Shown: positions 20,862 to 31,274, numbered from the stretch's first letter. The stretch is DNA of 64,000 nt from Tenericutes bacterium HGW-Tenericutes-2 (GCA_002839095.1 PGXL01000009.1:2444-66443); one strand, 5' to 3'. Numbers and translations: made by a program. Notes: generated by a model from the letters alone, not told the origin.

Positions 20862-22841
20862 ATGGAAAACATTAAATTAAATGATTTTTTAGAATTCAAA
20901 TTTATATCTGGTCTTCAAGCAAGTCCAAGCCAAACCCAAATGGCATTTTTAGTAGCAAAGGCTTTAGAAAAGAAAAACGAATATTCATACGATTTATTTT
21001 TAAGTGACGGAAAAAAACATCAAAAACTTGTTAATCTTAAAAGCAAAGGAAGCTTTGTCTGGGAATCTGACCAATCGCTTTTATTTCCATTCGCGAAAAA
21101 TAAAAAGGAAGATAAAGCAGTCAAGGAACTAAAAAAGACTATTTATTATCGCTACAACTTAATTGATAGAAAGCTTGAAAAGGCGTACGAATTCAATTTC
21201 GGTGTTTCAATTACTAATGTGTTAAATGAAAATAAATTATTACTTTCTGCAACACTTTCTGAAGGTCAACATCACCTATATCAGGATGATGAAGATGCTA
21301 GAAAGAAGTTTATGGAGGACGAAAAGAAAAGAGCATTATACGAAGATATCAATGAAATCCCGTTTTATTTTAATGGATTAGGGTTCACTGCGAATATGCG
21401 TAATCAGCTTTTCATCTATGATATTGAAGCGAAAGTGATTGCACCGATTGTTAATCCAAACTTTAGCGTCGGTATTGTAAAGGTATCTGACGATAAGAAG
21501 AAGATATATTTTACTGGGCAGGATGTGACAGGTGTTAGAAAGCTTACCACAAATGTTTATGTATATAACCTAGATACAAAAACATCTGAAGCTATTTATG
21601 AAGACAATGATCTTTCAGTTGCTAGAATCTATTTATTAAAAGACCAAGTTGTATTAGCAGGAACTGACATGAAGGATTTTGGCATCAATCAAAATGATGA
21701 CTTCTTTCTTCTAAAAAATAAAAAGCTAGAATTATTAAATCTTTACCGTGGTAGTATTGGCAACTCAGTAGGCTCAGATGTTAGACTGGGTGGTAGCCCT
21801 TCTGATTTAACACATGATGGAAAAATCTACTTCGTGACTACAGTTGATGATCATAACGAACTTAATTCTTTAGATCTTCAAGGGAATATACGTTTAGAAT
21901 ATCAATTCAATGGTTCAATTGATGGTATTGCATTGGTTTCAAATGAATTTTATGCGATTGGTTTATATCGCCAAAAGCTTCAAGAAATATACCATTTAGA
22001 TCTAAAAGTAAATAAGCTAGAACAACGTACAAGATTCAATCAAGCAGCATTAAAAAACAAATATGTTGCAGTTCCTAAGGAATTTATTTATAGAGAACAC
22101 ACGCATATCGTTAAAGGATGGGTGTTATACCCTAAGGATTTCAATCCAAACCAAAAATATCCAGCAATCTTAGATATTCATGGTGGTCCAAAGACTGTTT
22201 ATGGTAAGGTCTATTATCATGAAATGCAATATTGGGCAAATCAAGGATATATCGTTTATTTTGCGAATCCAAGAGGATCCGATGGTAAAGGCGATGCATT
22301 CGCTGATATTCGTGGGAAATATGGAACAATCGATTATTCTGACTTAATGAATTTCACAGAGTTAATAATTAGAAAAGTTCCACAGGTTGATATAACTAAG
22401 TTATTCGTGACTGGTGGCTCTTACGGCGGATTTATGACCAATTGGATAGTTGGACATACTGATCGCTTCAAAGCTGCTGTGACGCAAAGAAGCATCTCAA
22501 ATTGGCTATCATTCCATGGAACTTCAGACATCGGATTCTATTTCTCTAAGGATCAAACTGGTGGTCATCCAAACCTAGATACAGAAAAGCTTTGGGAACA
22601 ATCTCCAATGAAGTATGCAATGCAAATCAAAACTCCATTATTATTCATCCATTCTGATATGGATTATCGCTGTCCAATTGAACAAGCTATGCAGCTATTT
22701 TCAATCTTAAAAGAAAAGGGTAATGATACAAAGCTGGTATGGTTTAAGGGAGAAACTCACGAGCTTTCACGCAGTGGAAAGCCTCAAGCAAGACAAAAGA
22801 GATTAACTGAAATCTCTAATTGGTTCGAGAAATATAGATAA
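20862..22841 (+). CDS. S9 family serine peptidase (prolyl oligopeptidase/acylaminoacyl-peptidase-like, beta-propeller + alpha/beta hydrolase)
   Basis: Catalytic GGSYGG nucleophile elbow, C-terminal D and H; start set at ATG 20862 after AAAGGA SD (ORF track start at 20823 is TTG, an upstream extension). Confidence 0.85.
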   Translation: MENIKLNDFLEFKFISGLQASPSQTQMAFLVAKALEKKNEYSYDLFLSDGKKHQKLVNLKSKGSFVWESDQSLLFPFAKNKKEDKAVKELKKTIYYRYNLIDRKLEKAYEFNFGVSITNVLNENKLLLSATLSEGQHHLYQDDEDARKKFMEDEKKRALYEDINEIPFYFNGLGFTANMRNQLFIYDIEAKVIAPIVNPNFSVGIVKVSDDKKKIYFTGQDVTGVRKLTTNVYVYNLDTKTSEAIYEDNDLSVARIYLLKDQVVLAGTDMKDFGINQNDDFFLLKNKKLELLNLYRGSIGNSVGSDVRLGGSPSDLTHDGKIYFVTTVDDHNELNSLDLQGNIRLEYQFNGSIDGIALVSNEFYAIGLYRQKLQEIYHLDLKVNKLEQRTRFNQAALKNKYVAVPKEFIYREHTHIVKGWVLYPKDFNPNQKYPAILDIHGGPKTVYGKVYYHEMQYWANQGYIVYFANPRGSDGKGDAFADIRGKYGTIDYSDLMNFTELIIRKVPQVDITKLFVTGGSYGGFMTNWIVGHTDRFKAAVTQRSISNWLSFHGTSDIGFYFSKDQTGGHPNLDTEKLWEQSPMKYAMQIKTPLLFIHSDMDYRCPIEQAMQLFSILKEKGNDTKLVWFKGETHELSRSGKPQARQKRLTEISNWFEKYR

Positions 22842-22963
22842 TAACGATAAATGCTATCAGTCGATAGCATTTATTTTTATATTTATGTGATAAATAATAT
22901 ATTTATTATCGAGTCAAAATATGATAAAATATACTCAAATAGCGTAAAAGGGGGTATGTGAAG

Positions 22964-23560
22964 ATGTGGTGGGAATCGTTAACTAGTTTTCAACAAATAA
23001 TGTTTGTTATAGCAGTGAGTTCATCAGCGGTTATGCTCATCTTTTTGGTTTTAATGCTAATTGGTGTAGATGGATCTGACTTTGATGGTGTTGATGCACC
23101 GGATCTAGATGTTGATTTCTTAAACGATGAGCCATTATCAGGCATTGGGGGGCTTCGCATTTTGACCTTGAAGGGAGTTTTAGCATTCCTTTCAATTGGA
23201 GCGTGGACTGCATATTTGTTTGTAGATGTATTGGGACCTATTTTTTCATCATTAATTGGTGTTGTGCTTGGTTTTGTAGCAGCCTATTTACAAGCACTAG
23301 CATATAGAGCAATGATGCGATTAGAGTCATCAGGTAATATTGACTATAACAATGCAGTGGGAAAAACAGGAACTGTTTATATGAGAGTTCCAAAATTGAA
23401 GTCTGGCAAGGGTAAAGTAACCCTAGTCATTCAAGAACGTTACGCAGAAATTGATGCTGTAACTGAGGAAGAGGAAGATATCCTTCCCAAAACCTCTATT
23501 GTCGTCATTGGGTTATTAGATCCAACAACATTGATAATTAAAACAAACAAAGGAGAATAA
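22964..23560 (+). CDS. NfeD family membrane protein (C-terminal OB-fold)
   Basis: TM segments + C-terminal beta domain; immediately upstream of flotillin gene (typical NfeD-SPFH pairing); GGGGT SD. Confidence 0.7.
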   Translation: MWWESLTSFQQIMFVIAVSSSAVMLIFLVLMLIGVDGSDFDGVDAPDLDVDFLNDEPLSGIGGLRILTLKGVLAFLSIGAWTAYLFVDVLGPIFSSLIGVVLGFVAAYLQALAYRAMMRLESSGNIDYNNAVGKTGTVYMRVPKLKSGKGKVTLVIQERYAEIDAVTEEEEDILPKTSIVVIGLLDPTTLIIKTNKGE

Positions 23561-23562
23561 TT

Positions 23563-24999
23563 ATGCATAATATTTTCGCAGTAGGAATTGGTGATGTAAT
23601 AGGCTTTATCGTAACAATACTTATTATTATATTTTCGATTTTAGTTTTCATTGTAACAAGAATCAAAAAATGTCCTTCGGATAAAATTCTAGTTAAATAT
23701 GGTAAGGTTGGAAATAATGTTGATGGAACTAGTAAATCAGCAAAATGTATCCATGGTGGCGCAGAGTTTATTTGGCCATTTCTTCAGGCTTATCGCTTTC
23801 TAGATTTGACTCCAATGTCAATTCAAGTCGACTTAACAAATGCTCTTTCTAGACAAAATATTCGTATTGATGTTCCTTCAAGATTTACCGTTGGTATTTC
23901 AACTGAAGCAGGTGTTATGCAAAATGCTGCAGAAAGACTATTGATGCTTAAGATGGGTGAGATTCAAGAATTAGCTAAAGATATTATTTTTGGACAATTA
24001 CGTCTTGTAGTAGCAACCATGGATATTGAAGAAATCAATACCGATAGAGATAAGTTCCTAGAAGCAGTTTCAGGAAACGTAGAATCAGAATTAAAGAAAA
24101 TTGGTTTACGCTTAATTAACGTAAACGTTACAGATATCAATGATGAATCTGGATATATCGAAGCTCTTGGTAAAGAAGCAGCTGCTAAAGCAATTAATGA
24201 TGCTAAAAAGTCTGTTGCTGAAAAAAACAGAGATGGTGCAATTGGTGAAGCCAATGCACATCGTGATGAAAGAATTCAAGTTGCAGTAGCAAATTCTAAG
24301 GCTATTGAAGGGGAAAATAAATCCTTAGGAGATATTTCTCAAACGAATGCTTCCCGCCGTGAAATTGAAGCTGAATCCTTAAGAAGAGCAATGACAGCAG
24401 AAAAAATTGCACAAGCAAAGGCTTTAGAAGATGCATATATGGCAGAGCAAACAGCAGAATTAGCACGTGCGACTAGAGAAAAAGCAACTTTAGAAGCTGA
24501 CGTTATTGTTAAATCTGAAATTGAAAAATTAAAGAAAGTCATTGAAGCGGAAGCAACTGCAGAAGAAACAAGAAGAAAAGCCAAAGGGGAAGCTGATGCG
24601 ATTTATGCTAAGCTAGAAGCAGAAGCGCGTGGATCATTTGAAATTCTTTCTAAGCAAGCAGAAGGTTTCAAGGAAATAGTTAAATCCGCTGGAGATAATC
24701 CAGATGCAGCTGTTAAGCTATTAATTGCAGATAAGCTTGAAAAGCTTGTTCAAATCCAAGTTGAAGCAATTAAGAACTTGAAGTTTGATAAGATTACAGT
24801 TTGGGACTCTGGTTCTAAAGATGGTCAATCCTCAACATCAAGCTTTGCATCATCACTTTTTAAATCGATTCCACCAATGAAAGAACTTTTCGATATGGCT
24901 GGTATGGATCTTCCAAAATACTTAGGAACAACAAAGATTGAAGAACCAAGTATAGAGGAAAAAGAAGTCAAAAAGGAAACAAAGAAAGAAACTAAATAA
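23563..24999 (+). CDS. Flotillin-like SPFH protein (FloT/YqiK-like)
   Basis: 478 aa, N-terminal TM, SPFH domain, long Ala/Glu-rich coiled coil (flotillin repeats). Confidence 0.85.
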   Translation: MHNIFAVGIGDVIGFIVTILIIIFSILVFIVTRIKKCPSDKILVKYGKVGNNVDGTSKSAKCIHGGAEFIWPFLQAYRFLDLTPMSIQVDLTNALSRQNIRIDVPSRFTVGISTEAGVMQNAAERLLMLKMGEIQELAKDIIFGQLRLVVATMDIEEINTDRDKFLEAVSGNVESELKKIGLRLINVNVTDINDESGYIEALGKEAAAKAINDAKKSVAEKNRDGAIGEANAHRDERIQVAVANSKAIEGENKSLGDISQTNASRREIEAESLRRAMTAEKIAQAKALEDAYMAEQTAELARATREKATLEADVIVKSEIEKLKKVIEAEATAEETRRKAKGEADAIYAKLEAEARGSFEILSKQAEGFKEIVKSAGDNPDAAVKLLIADKLEKLVQIQVEAIKNLKFDKITVWDSGSKDGQSSTSSFASSLFKSIPPMKELFDMAGMDLPKYLGTTKIEEPSIEEKEVKKETKKETK

Positions 25000-25020
25000 T
25001 CTATAACTAATGATAAAAAG

Positions 25021-25050
25021 GACTAGCGCACAACGACGCTAGTCTTTTGT
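25021..25050. terminator. Bidirectional terminator between convergent genes
   Basis: gactagcg-cacaacga-cgctagtc + T-run; contains stop of minus-strand gene. Confidence 0.75.
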
Positions 25051-25736
25051 TTTCTTTTTAAATAGCTTGTTAAGAATTTTGATTTTTTTGATGTTATTGC
25101 ATGTCTTGGACAGACCTGTACACAGTGATTACATGAAATACAGGAATCAAGAATTTTAATCGATTGTGTAATGGATCCTGAAGGACATTCTTTAATGCAT
25201 AAATTACAATGATCACACAGATTCTTATCAACAATCAACTTGAAATTTGATTTCATTAATGATTTCTCAAACATTGAGAATAATACATTATGGAATCTAT
25301 AGGGAATCTTAATCTCATGATATTTTTGAGTTTTCAATTTTTTAATCACTGAATCATATAGAGTGTATTGAATATCAATTTGTTGATCTATAAATGAATG
25401 TTTTACTGGTGTTATGGTGTATCCTACAATTTGTGAAACCAACAACTGTTTTTTTATTTTACGCAGTACATTCCCATATGAGAAGCCACCATAAGTTAAA
25501 TTGATAAAAACCTGAGGTGCTTTGACATGTATTAAAAAGCTTTTCATCGGTTTTGGAATGTTTTGTAAGTAGACAGGAAGTGATAGAATATATAAGTCAG
25601 CTTTAAGCTTCCTATAATCAACTCGTGATTGAGGGAGTGTTAAATCGATGAATTTACCACCAAGTTCGTTATAGAATAATTGAGCAATCTTTTTGGTTTC
25701 ACCGTTTGGTGAAAAATAACCATGAACAATTTCCAT
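25023..25736 (-). CDS. Flavodoxin-like domain protein fused to 2x[4Fe-4S] ferredoxin domain
   Basis: N-terminal flavodoxin-like fold; C-terminal CDHCNLCIKECP and CISCNHCVQVCP cluster motifs. Confidence 0.75.
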   Translation of the reverse strand: MEIVHGYFSPNGETKKIAQLFYNELGGKFIDLTLPQSRVDYRKLKADLYILSLPVYLQNIPKPMKSFLIHVKAPQVFINLTYGGFSYGNVLRKIKKQLLVSQIVGYTITPVKHSFIDQQIDIQYTLYDSVIKKLKTQKYHEIKIPYRFHNVLFSMFEKSLMKSNFKLIVDKNLCDHCNLCIKECPSGSITQSIKILDSCISCNHCVQVCPRHAITSKKSKFLTSYLKRKQKTSVVVR

Positions 25737-25890
25737 ATTATCATTCCTTTTCTAAAGTATAGCATAAGCAAACACGTTAAACTAGTATCATTTAAAAAAT
25801 TAAGGAAATGAGTTAATTACTCCAATTTTACCAATAAAAGTAATATACTATTTGTATATTAAATAAGAGTTTAAGAAATGAGGTAAACCA

Positions 25891-28389
25891 ATGAAAAATA
25901 AATTCTTGAAAATAGCATCATTTGCATTGATTCTATTGGGACTTACTCTTTTTTCTGTTACTCAAGTCAATGCCACATATTCAGATACAATCAAAGTTGA
26001 AGTCATTTATGAGGTTAGTGATGAATCCCATGCTTACCAAATAGAAGAAACATACGAATTAAAACTGATATCCTATTCAAACTATGGCTTTGCTGTATAT
26101 GAAGCCAGTGAAAATCAAATTGAAATATTATCCAATCATGGCTTTGAAATCAATAACACACACCAAATATTTGCACCACCATGGATTATTCCAGGAACCA
26201 CTACTGATCCATATATTAATGATCAGTATGCACTAGATATGTTAAACGTTCATGGAGCGTGGCTAGAGACTACAGGTAGTATCGATGTCACTATAGCTGT
26301 GATTGACACAGGAATTGATACGGATCACGAGGAATTTGTGAATCGAATTTCTACACTATCCTATAATTCAAGAACTAAACAAGTCGGAATAACATATGTT
26401 GAAGATGATAACGGACACGGAACACTAGTAGCAGGTGTTATTGGAGCCAATAAAGATAATTCTAAGGGAATCGCTGGAATTGTGCAAAACAGTAAACTAC
26501 TAATTATTAAAGCGAATAATCTTGATGATCCTTCAACAGAAACTAATGAATCAAAATCATTTACTGACGCAGCAATTATAGAAGGTATTTATTATGCTGC
26601 AGATCAAGGTGCTCATGTCATTAACATGAGTCTTGGTAGTAACAATGCCAACTCATTAATGCAAACAGCTATCAATTATGCGAGAAATAAAGGTGTTATA
26701 TTGGTTGCTGCCAGTGGTAATGATGGTGTATCTACAAAATTTTATCCTGCATCCTTTGACGGAGTGATTTCAGTTTCAGCAGTTAATGAAGATGAGACCA
26801 TCTGGTCAAGCTCAAATTATAATGATAAGGTTGATATTTCAGCACCAGGATCTCTAATTGTATCTACAGCCTTAAACAATGGCTATGCTACAGCTTCAGG
26901 GACATCATTGGCAGCACCACAAGTCAGTGGTGTAATCGGTTTAATGCTTGCCTATTTTACAGAATTTGATTCCAATCAAATTATCCAACAACTTTTAAGC
27001 AGCGCAGTAGATAAAGGCGCTCCAGGATATGATGTTTATTATGGAGCTGGTATTGTGAATGCTGCAGCATCCTTAAATGTTCAGTATATCACCGTAACAT
27101 TAGATACTAGTGGCGGAGAACCAATCGATTCATTTCAAGTTGTTAAGGATTATGCCTTTAGCTTAAATAATGCAGTAAAGACAGGACATGAGTTTAAAGG
27201 ATGGTTTAGAGATGCTTCATTCACGAATGAATTTATAATTGGAGTCGATACATCAGCTGTAGATATCACATTATATGCTAAATTTAGCGCAAATGTATAT
27301 CAAGTCGATTTTGTAACATCAGGAAGCTCAGTGAATTCGATACAGGTATCCTACGGTCAAACCTTTGAAATTCCAGAGTCAAACAGAACAGGATATATAT
27401 TTAATGGCTGGTATCTAGAAAATAGCTTTGAGACATTATATAATGGCGCTCCAGTTCAAAATAATCTTACGCTCTATGCAAAATTTACAATTATCAAATA
27501 CACAGTCAACTATTATGTTGATGGAGTATTAGATAGCTTTATACAGGTAGATTACGGAAACACATTTACTCCGATGGTACCGGAATCTGAATACTATTTT
27601 ATCAATTGGTATCTTGAATCAGGCTTTATCAATGTATACCAAATCGAACCAGTTTATGCTAACCTTAATCTTTATGCAAGATTTGATGATGGACAATATA
27701 CAGTCGTTTTTTATGGTAGTGATCAAACCACAGTTATTCTAACAACGTTTGCTTATTATGGCGATGACATCATTGCCCCTGATGATCCTATGAAGCCATC
27801 ATCACCATCATTTGACTATATTTTTTATGGTTGGAGTAATGAACTTTCTACCGTTACTGAAGATATTTCATTTTATCCAATATATACCAAAATATTCAAA
27901 CCTGAATCTGTTTACTTATTACCTGGTATTGATACGATTGCTTCAATTGATGATTGGATTGATGGAGGAATATATGAAATCGACCCTAATCTGACTTTTG
28001 AGGTTAGAATTGTCGAGGATGAGAATAAATCGGATAGATATCTAATATATTATGATCTTTATTCTGAATATGAACTCATAGACACGAGATTAAGAGTTGT
28101 GAATGTCAACGTAGAAAATCCAATAATCATTACCTTAAAGCCGGATATAGCAACACTTGAACTTGGATCCAAATATAGTGATAAAGGTATTGAAACTAAT
28201 ATTGGAACCGTATCTAAAACAGGAGTAGTTGATACAAATGTTGCTGGTACATATTTAATCGTCTATACAGTTACATATCAGGACTATACATTATCAAAGA
28301 CTAAGTATGTCTATGTTTTAGAATCTGAAGATCTCTATGATACAACGACTCTTTATCATAAAAAGGAAGAGGAGGGTTTATTCATATGA
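25891..28389 (+). CDS. Secreted S8 (subtilisin) family peptidase with Listeria-Bacteroides (Flg_new) repeats and C-terminal Ig-like (DUF5011-like) domains
   Basis: Signal peptide; catalytic triad context VIDTGID (D), HGTLVAG (H), GTSLAAPQVSG (S); repeated ...(F/Y)xGW(Y/F) 70-aa modules; C-term LPGIDTI...WIDGG. Confidence 0.85.
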   Translation: MKNKFLKIASFALILLGLTLFSVTQVNATYSDTIKVEVIYEVSDESHAYQIEETYELKLISYSNYGFAVYEASENQIEILSNHGFEINNTHQIFAPPWIIPGTTTDPYINDQYALDMLNVHGAWLETTGSIDVTIAVIDTGIDTDHEEFVNRISTLSYNSRTKQVGITYVEDDNGHGTLVAGVIGANKDNSKGIAGIVQNSKLLIIKANNLDDPSTETNESKSFTDAAIIEGIYYAADQGAHVINMSLGSNNANSLMQTAINYARNKGVILVAASGNDGVSTKFYPASFDGVISVSAVNEDETIWSSSNYNDKVDISAPGSLIVSTALNNGYATASGTSLAAPQVSGVIGLMLAYFTEFDSNQIIQQLLSSAVDKGAPGYDVYYGAGIVNAAASLNVQYITVTLDTSGGEPIDSFQVVKDYAFSLNNAVKTGHEFKGWFRDASFTNEFIIGVDTSAVDITLYAKFSANVYQVDFVTSGSSVNSIQVSYGQTFEIPESNRTGYIFNGWYLENSFETLYNGAPVQNNLTLYAKFTIIKYTVNYYVDGVLDSFIQVDYGNTFTPMVPESEYYFINWYLESGFINVYQIEPVYANLNLYARFDDGQYTVVFYGSDQTTVILTTFAYYGDDIIAPDDPMKPSSPSFDYIFYGWSNELSTVTEDISFYPIYTKIFKPESVYLLPGIDTIASIDDWIDGGIYEIDPNLTFEVRIVEDENKSDRYLIYYDLYSEYELIDTRLRVVNVNVENPIIITLKPDIATLELGSKYSDKGIETNIGTVSKTGVVDTNVAGTYLIVYTVTYQDYTLSKTKYVYVLESEDLYDTTTLYHKKEEEGLFI

Positions 28390-28910
28390 AAAAAATGATA
28401 CTAGCACTCACACTTCTTTTATCAATATTTCTGAGTTCTTGCCAAGCACCCTCTGCAGAGTTTATCATTATCAAACTCAATCAAAGCATTGATACTGTAG
28501 AGATTGGAACTACGTATTTAGACCCCGGTGCAACCGCTAAATACGGACTTAAAGTTCTTATTGTCTCGGTAATCTCAAATACTGTGAACACGAATGAGTT
28601 AGGCACCTATGAAATCGTCTATGAAGCAACACACAATAATTTTATTAAAACGATGAAAAGAATTGTCACAGTCATCGATGAGACACCACCTGTAATCCTA
28701 TTAAACCCTGGAATAGATACAATCTATTCTGATGAAACCTGGATAGATGCAGGAGTATTAGTCACTGATAATAGTCAAGAAAATATTACTGTAACACAAA
28801 CAGGTAGTGTTTTATCAACACCTGGAGAATATACAATCACTTATCAGGCAACTGATGAAAGTGGCAATGTCAGCATTAAAGTAAGGTATGTAAATGTAAT
28901 TGCAAGATAA
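28386..28910 (+). CDS. Lipoprotein with Ig-like DUF5011-type domains
   Basis: Lipobox LSSC; two repeats related to C-terminus of upstream protease (NPGIDTIYSDETWIDAGV); ATGA overlap suggests translational coupling. Confidence 0.7.
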   Translation: MKKMILALTLLLSIFLSSCQAPSAEFIIIKLNQSIDTVEIGTTYLDPGATAKYGLKVLIVSVISNTVNTNELGTYEIVYEATHNNFIKTMKRIVTVIDETPPVILLNPGIDTIYSDETWIDAGVLVTDNSQENITVTQTGSVLSTPGEYTITYQATDESGNVSIKVRYVNVIAR

Positions 28911-28912
28911 AT

Positions 28913-28936
28913 AAGGAGTGAAAGCTCCTTTTTTTA
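28913..28936 (+). terminator. Rho-independent terminator
   Basis: aaggag-tgaaag-ctcctt + T-run. Confidence 0.7.
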
Positions 28937-29035
28937 TAAATTTATGTCAAAAAAACATGAAATAAACTATATAACGTTTTTTTATTGGATATATGTATTA
29001 TAATGAAAGTAAAGTAATTGAAGGGAGAATTGTCT

Positions 29036-29467
29036 ATGTGTTTTTTTAGAAAACGTCGCGCAAGAAAACTAGCTGAAAAAGCTAAGTTAGCTCAAGTCAA
29101 TCAAGAGAAGCAAGAGGTAAAAAAGGTAGAGGTACCAAAAGTAGAGGAAACTAAGGTTCAAGAAACAAAGGTACAAGAAACAAAAGTAGAACCAGTTGTT
29201 GCTGCTACTGAGAAACCTGAAGCAAATACCAACAAGCAAGAAAAACCGAAGAAATATCATGTTTCTCAAAATAAAGAAGAAGGTACAGAAAACTTTAAGA
29301 AATGGCGTGTTAGAAAAGAAGGGTCAACAAAGACTATCAAATTCTTTGATACCCAAAAAGATGCCATTGCTTATGCTGAAGAATTAGCTGAATCTGCAGG
29401 ATCATCAGTAGTTATCCATAAAGTAGATGGATCGATTAGAAAACAAGATTATCAAAAGAAAGAATAG
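29036..29467 (+). CDS. Basic N-terminus + ETKVQ tandem-repeat linker + C-terminal DUF2188-like domain protein
   Basis: AAGGGAG SD 8 nt upstream of ATG 29036; 15-nt tandem DNA repeats encoding (ETKVQ)n; C-terminal KFFDTQKDAIAYAEELAESAGSSVVIHKVDGSIRK resembles DUF2188. Confidence 0.55.
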   Translation: MCFFRKRRARKLAEKAKLAQVNQEKQEVKKVEVPKVEETKVQETKVQETKVEPVVAATEKPEANTNKQEKPKKYHVSQNKEEGTENFKKWRVRKEGSTKTIKFFDTQKDAIAYAEELAESAGSSVVIHKVDGSIRKQDYQKKE

Positions 29468-29493
29468 AAGTTAGCCAACTAGCTTCTTTTTTC
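29468..29493 (+). terminator. Rho-independent terminator
   Basis: gaagttag-ccaa-ctagcttc (one G-U) + T6. Confidence 0.75.
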
Positions 29494-29577
29494 TTATCAT
29501 TTCCTTGTTATATTTATATGTCAAAAAGATTAAAATATGATAAAATTAAATGGTATTTTTAGAAAGAGGGACATCTG

Positions 29578-30585
29578 ATGTTAGATACATTTTTGTTTGC
29601 TGCTAATGCCATTTTACCAATAGTTATTATTATCCTATTAGGTTATTTCTTAAAGAAAATCAAATTCATTGATCTGCACTTTATTAACATATTGAACAAA
29701 TATGTTTTTAGAGTTGGTTTACCTATATTACTTTTCTACAATGTGTACAATATTGAGGATTTCAGCCAGATTAACTGGGGTGTTATTCTATTCTCAGTGT
29801 TTGCCATGCTTATTTTATTTATTATTTGTTATATCTCACTTATCTTCACAGTTAAAGACCCAAATCAAAAAGGGGTTATTTTGCAAGTTGTTGTTCGTTC
29901 CAATTTTGCGCTAATTGGTATTCCACTTGCACAAACCATCGGAGGGTTTGAGGCACTGGTAGTAGTTGCACTATTGTCAGCTTTCACAATTCCTTTAGCA
30001 AATGTCCTATCAGTTATTGCATTGACTATGTTTCAGGTCGATGAAGTTGGTGAGAAGATTAGTGCAAAAAAAATGATTAGAAATATTTTGACTAATCCAT
30101 TAATCATTGGAGTGTTTGCTGGGATGTTTGTTGTATTAGTCCGAGGATTGATTACACCAGCAGGTGGAGAACCAATTTTTACTATAAAAAGAGATTTGTA
30201 CTTTGTCTATGATTCTATTCGTTTAGTTTCTGTTACAGCTTCACCGATGGCTTTAATTGCTTTAGGTGGTCAATTTGAATTATCAGTAGTTAGACCTTTA
30301 ATCAAAAAGATTATTTTAGGAGTATCATGGAGAATCATCATCGTCCCAGGAGTTGTATTAACCGCAGCATATCTACTTCAAGATAAAATTTCAGGTATGG
30401 AATATTCGTATCCTGCACTAATAGCGTTATTTGCAACACCTGTTGCAGTTTCATCCGCTATTATGGTTCATGAGATGGGTGGAGATGAAAAGCTAGCAGG
30501 ACAATTAGTCGTATGGAGTTCTGTATTTTCTATCTTCACATTGTTTGCTGTAATCGTTATATTTAGAATGTTAGGAGCGTTATAA
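29578..30585 (+). CDS. AEC (auxin efflux carrier / malate permease-like) family transporter
   Basis: 335 aa, 10 TM, family-typical N-terminus MLDTFLFAANAILPIV. Confidence 0.8.
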   Translation: MLDTFLFAANAILPIVIIILLGYFLKKIKFIDLHFINILNKYVFRVGLPILLFYNVYNIEDFSQINWGVILFSVFAMLILFIICYISLIFTVKDPNQKGVILQVVVRSNFALIGIPLAQTIGGFEALVVVALLSAFTIPLANVLSVIALTMFQVDEVGEKISAKKMIRNILTNPLIIGVFAGMFVVLVRGLITPAGGEPIFTIKRDLYFVYDSIRLVSVTASPMALIALGGQFELSVVRPLIKKIILGVSWRIIIVPGVVLTAAYLLQDKISGMEYSYPALIALFATPVAVSSAIMVHEMGGDEKLAGQLVVWSSVFSIFTLFAVIVIFRMLGAL

Positions 30586-30587
30586 AA

Positions 30588-31274
30588 ATGTATCATCATT
30601 TAAGTGAATTCTATAACGATATATTTCCCCATGACCCAGCCTTAAAGGGCTTTATTAAAGGGTTTATAAAAACAGGTGAACATGCTATTGATTTAGGCTC
30701 TGGAACTGGAAGACTCACTGAATTAATTCATGATCTTGGAATGAAGGTCATTGGAGTTGATTTAGATGAAGGCATGATCAAAGTAGCTAAACAATCATAT
30801 CCAAAGCTTGATTTTAAGGTTGCCGATATGGTTGAAGTCTTAAAAGAAAATCAACAGTATGAACTCATGACATGCTTTGGAAATACGCTTGTTCATTTAA
30901 ACAAAAATCAGTTAATGCATTTTTTTACGGAAGTTAAAAAAAAGCTATCTCCAAAGGGATATCTAATTGTACAAATATTAAACTATGTGAAGATATTGAA
31001 GGAAAGACCAACTGAATTAAAAGAGTTAAGAAATAATGATATCCTCTTTAATAGATATTATGACTATCATAAGGATCACATTTTATTTACCACAAAACTT
31101 ACAATTAAGGGTAAAGAATCTTTGGGTACTACAAAGCTTTATCCATATACTTATCAAGAGTTTACTTCCTTATTTAAAAAGCTTGGATTGAAATACCAAT
31201 ATCTTGGTAATCTTAAACTTCAACCATTCCTAGAATCAGATTATTACTTATATATGGTCATTACACAATCATAA
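30588..31274 (+). CDS. Class I SAM-dependent methyltransferase
   Basis: Motif I IDLGSGTGRLT, motif post-I VIGVDLDE; 228 aa. Confidence 0.8.
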   Translation: MYHHLSEFYNDIFPHDPALKGFIKGFIKTGEHAIDLGSGTGRLTELIHDLGMKVIGVDLDEGMIKVAKQSYPKLDFKVADMVEVLKENQQYELMTCFGNTLVHLNKNQLMHFFTEVKKKLSPKGYLIVQILNYVKILKERPTELKELRNNDILFNRYYDYHKDHILFTTKLTIKGKESLGTTKLYPYTYQEFTSLFKKLGLKYQYLGNLKLQPFLESDYYLYMVITQS

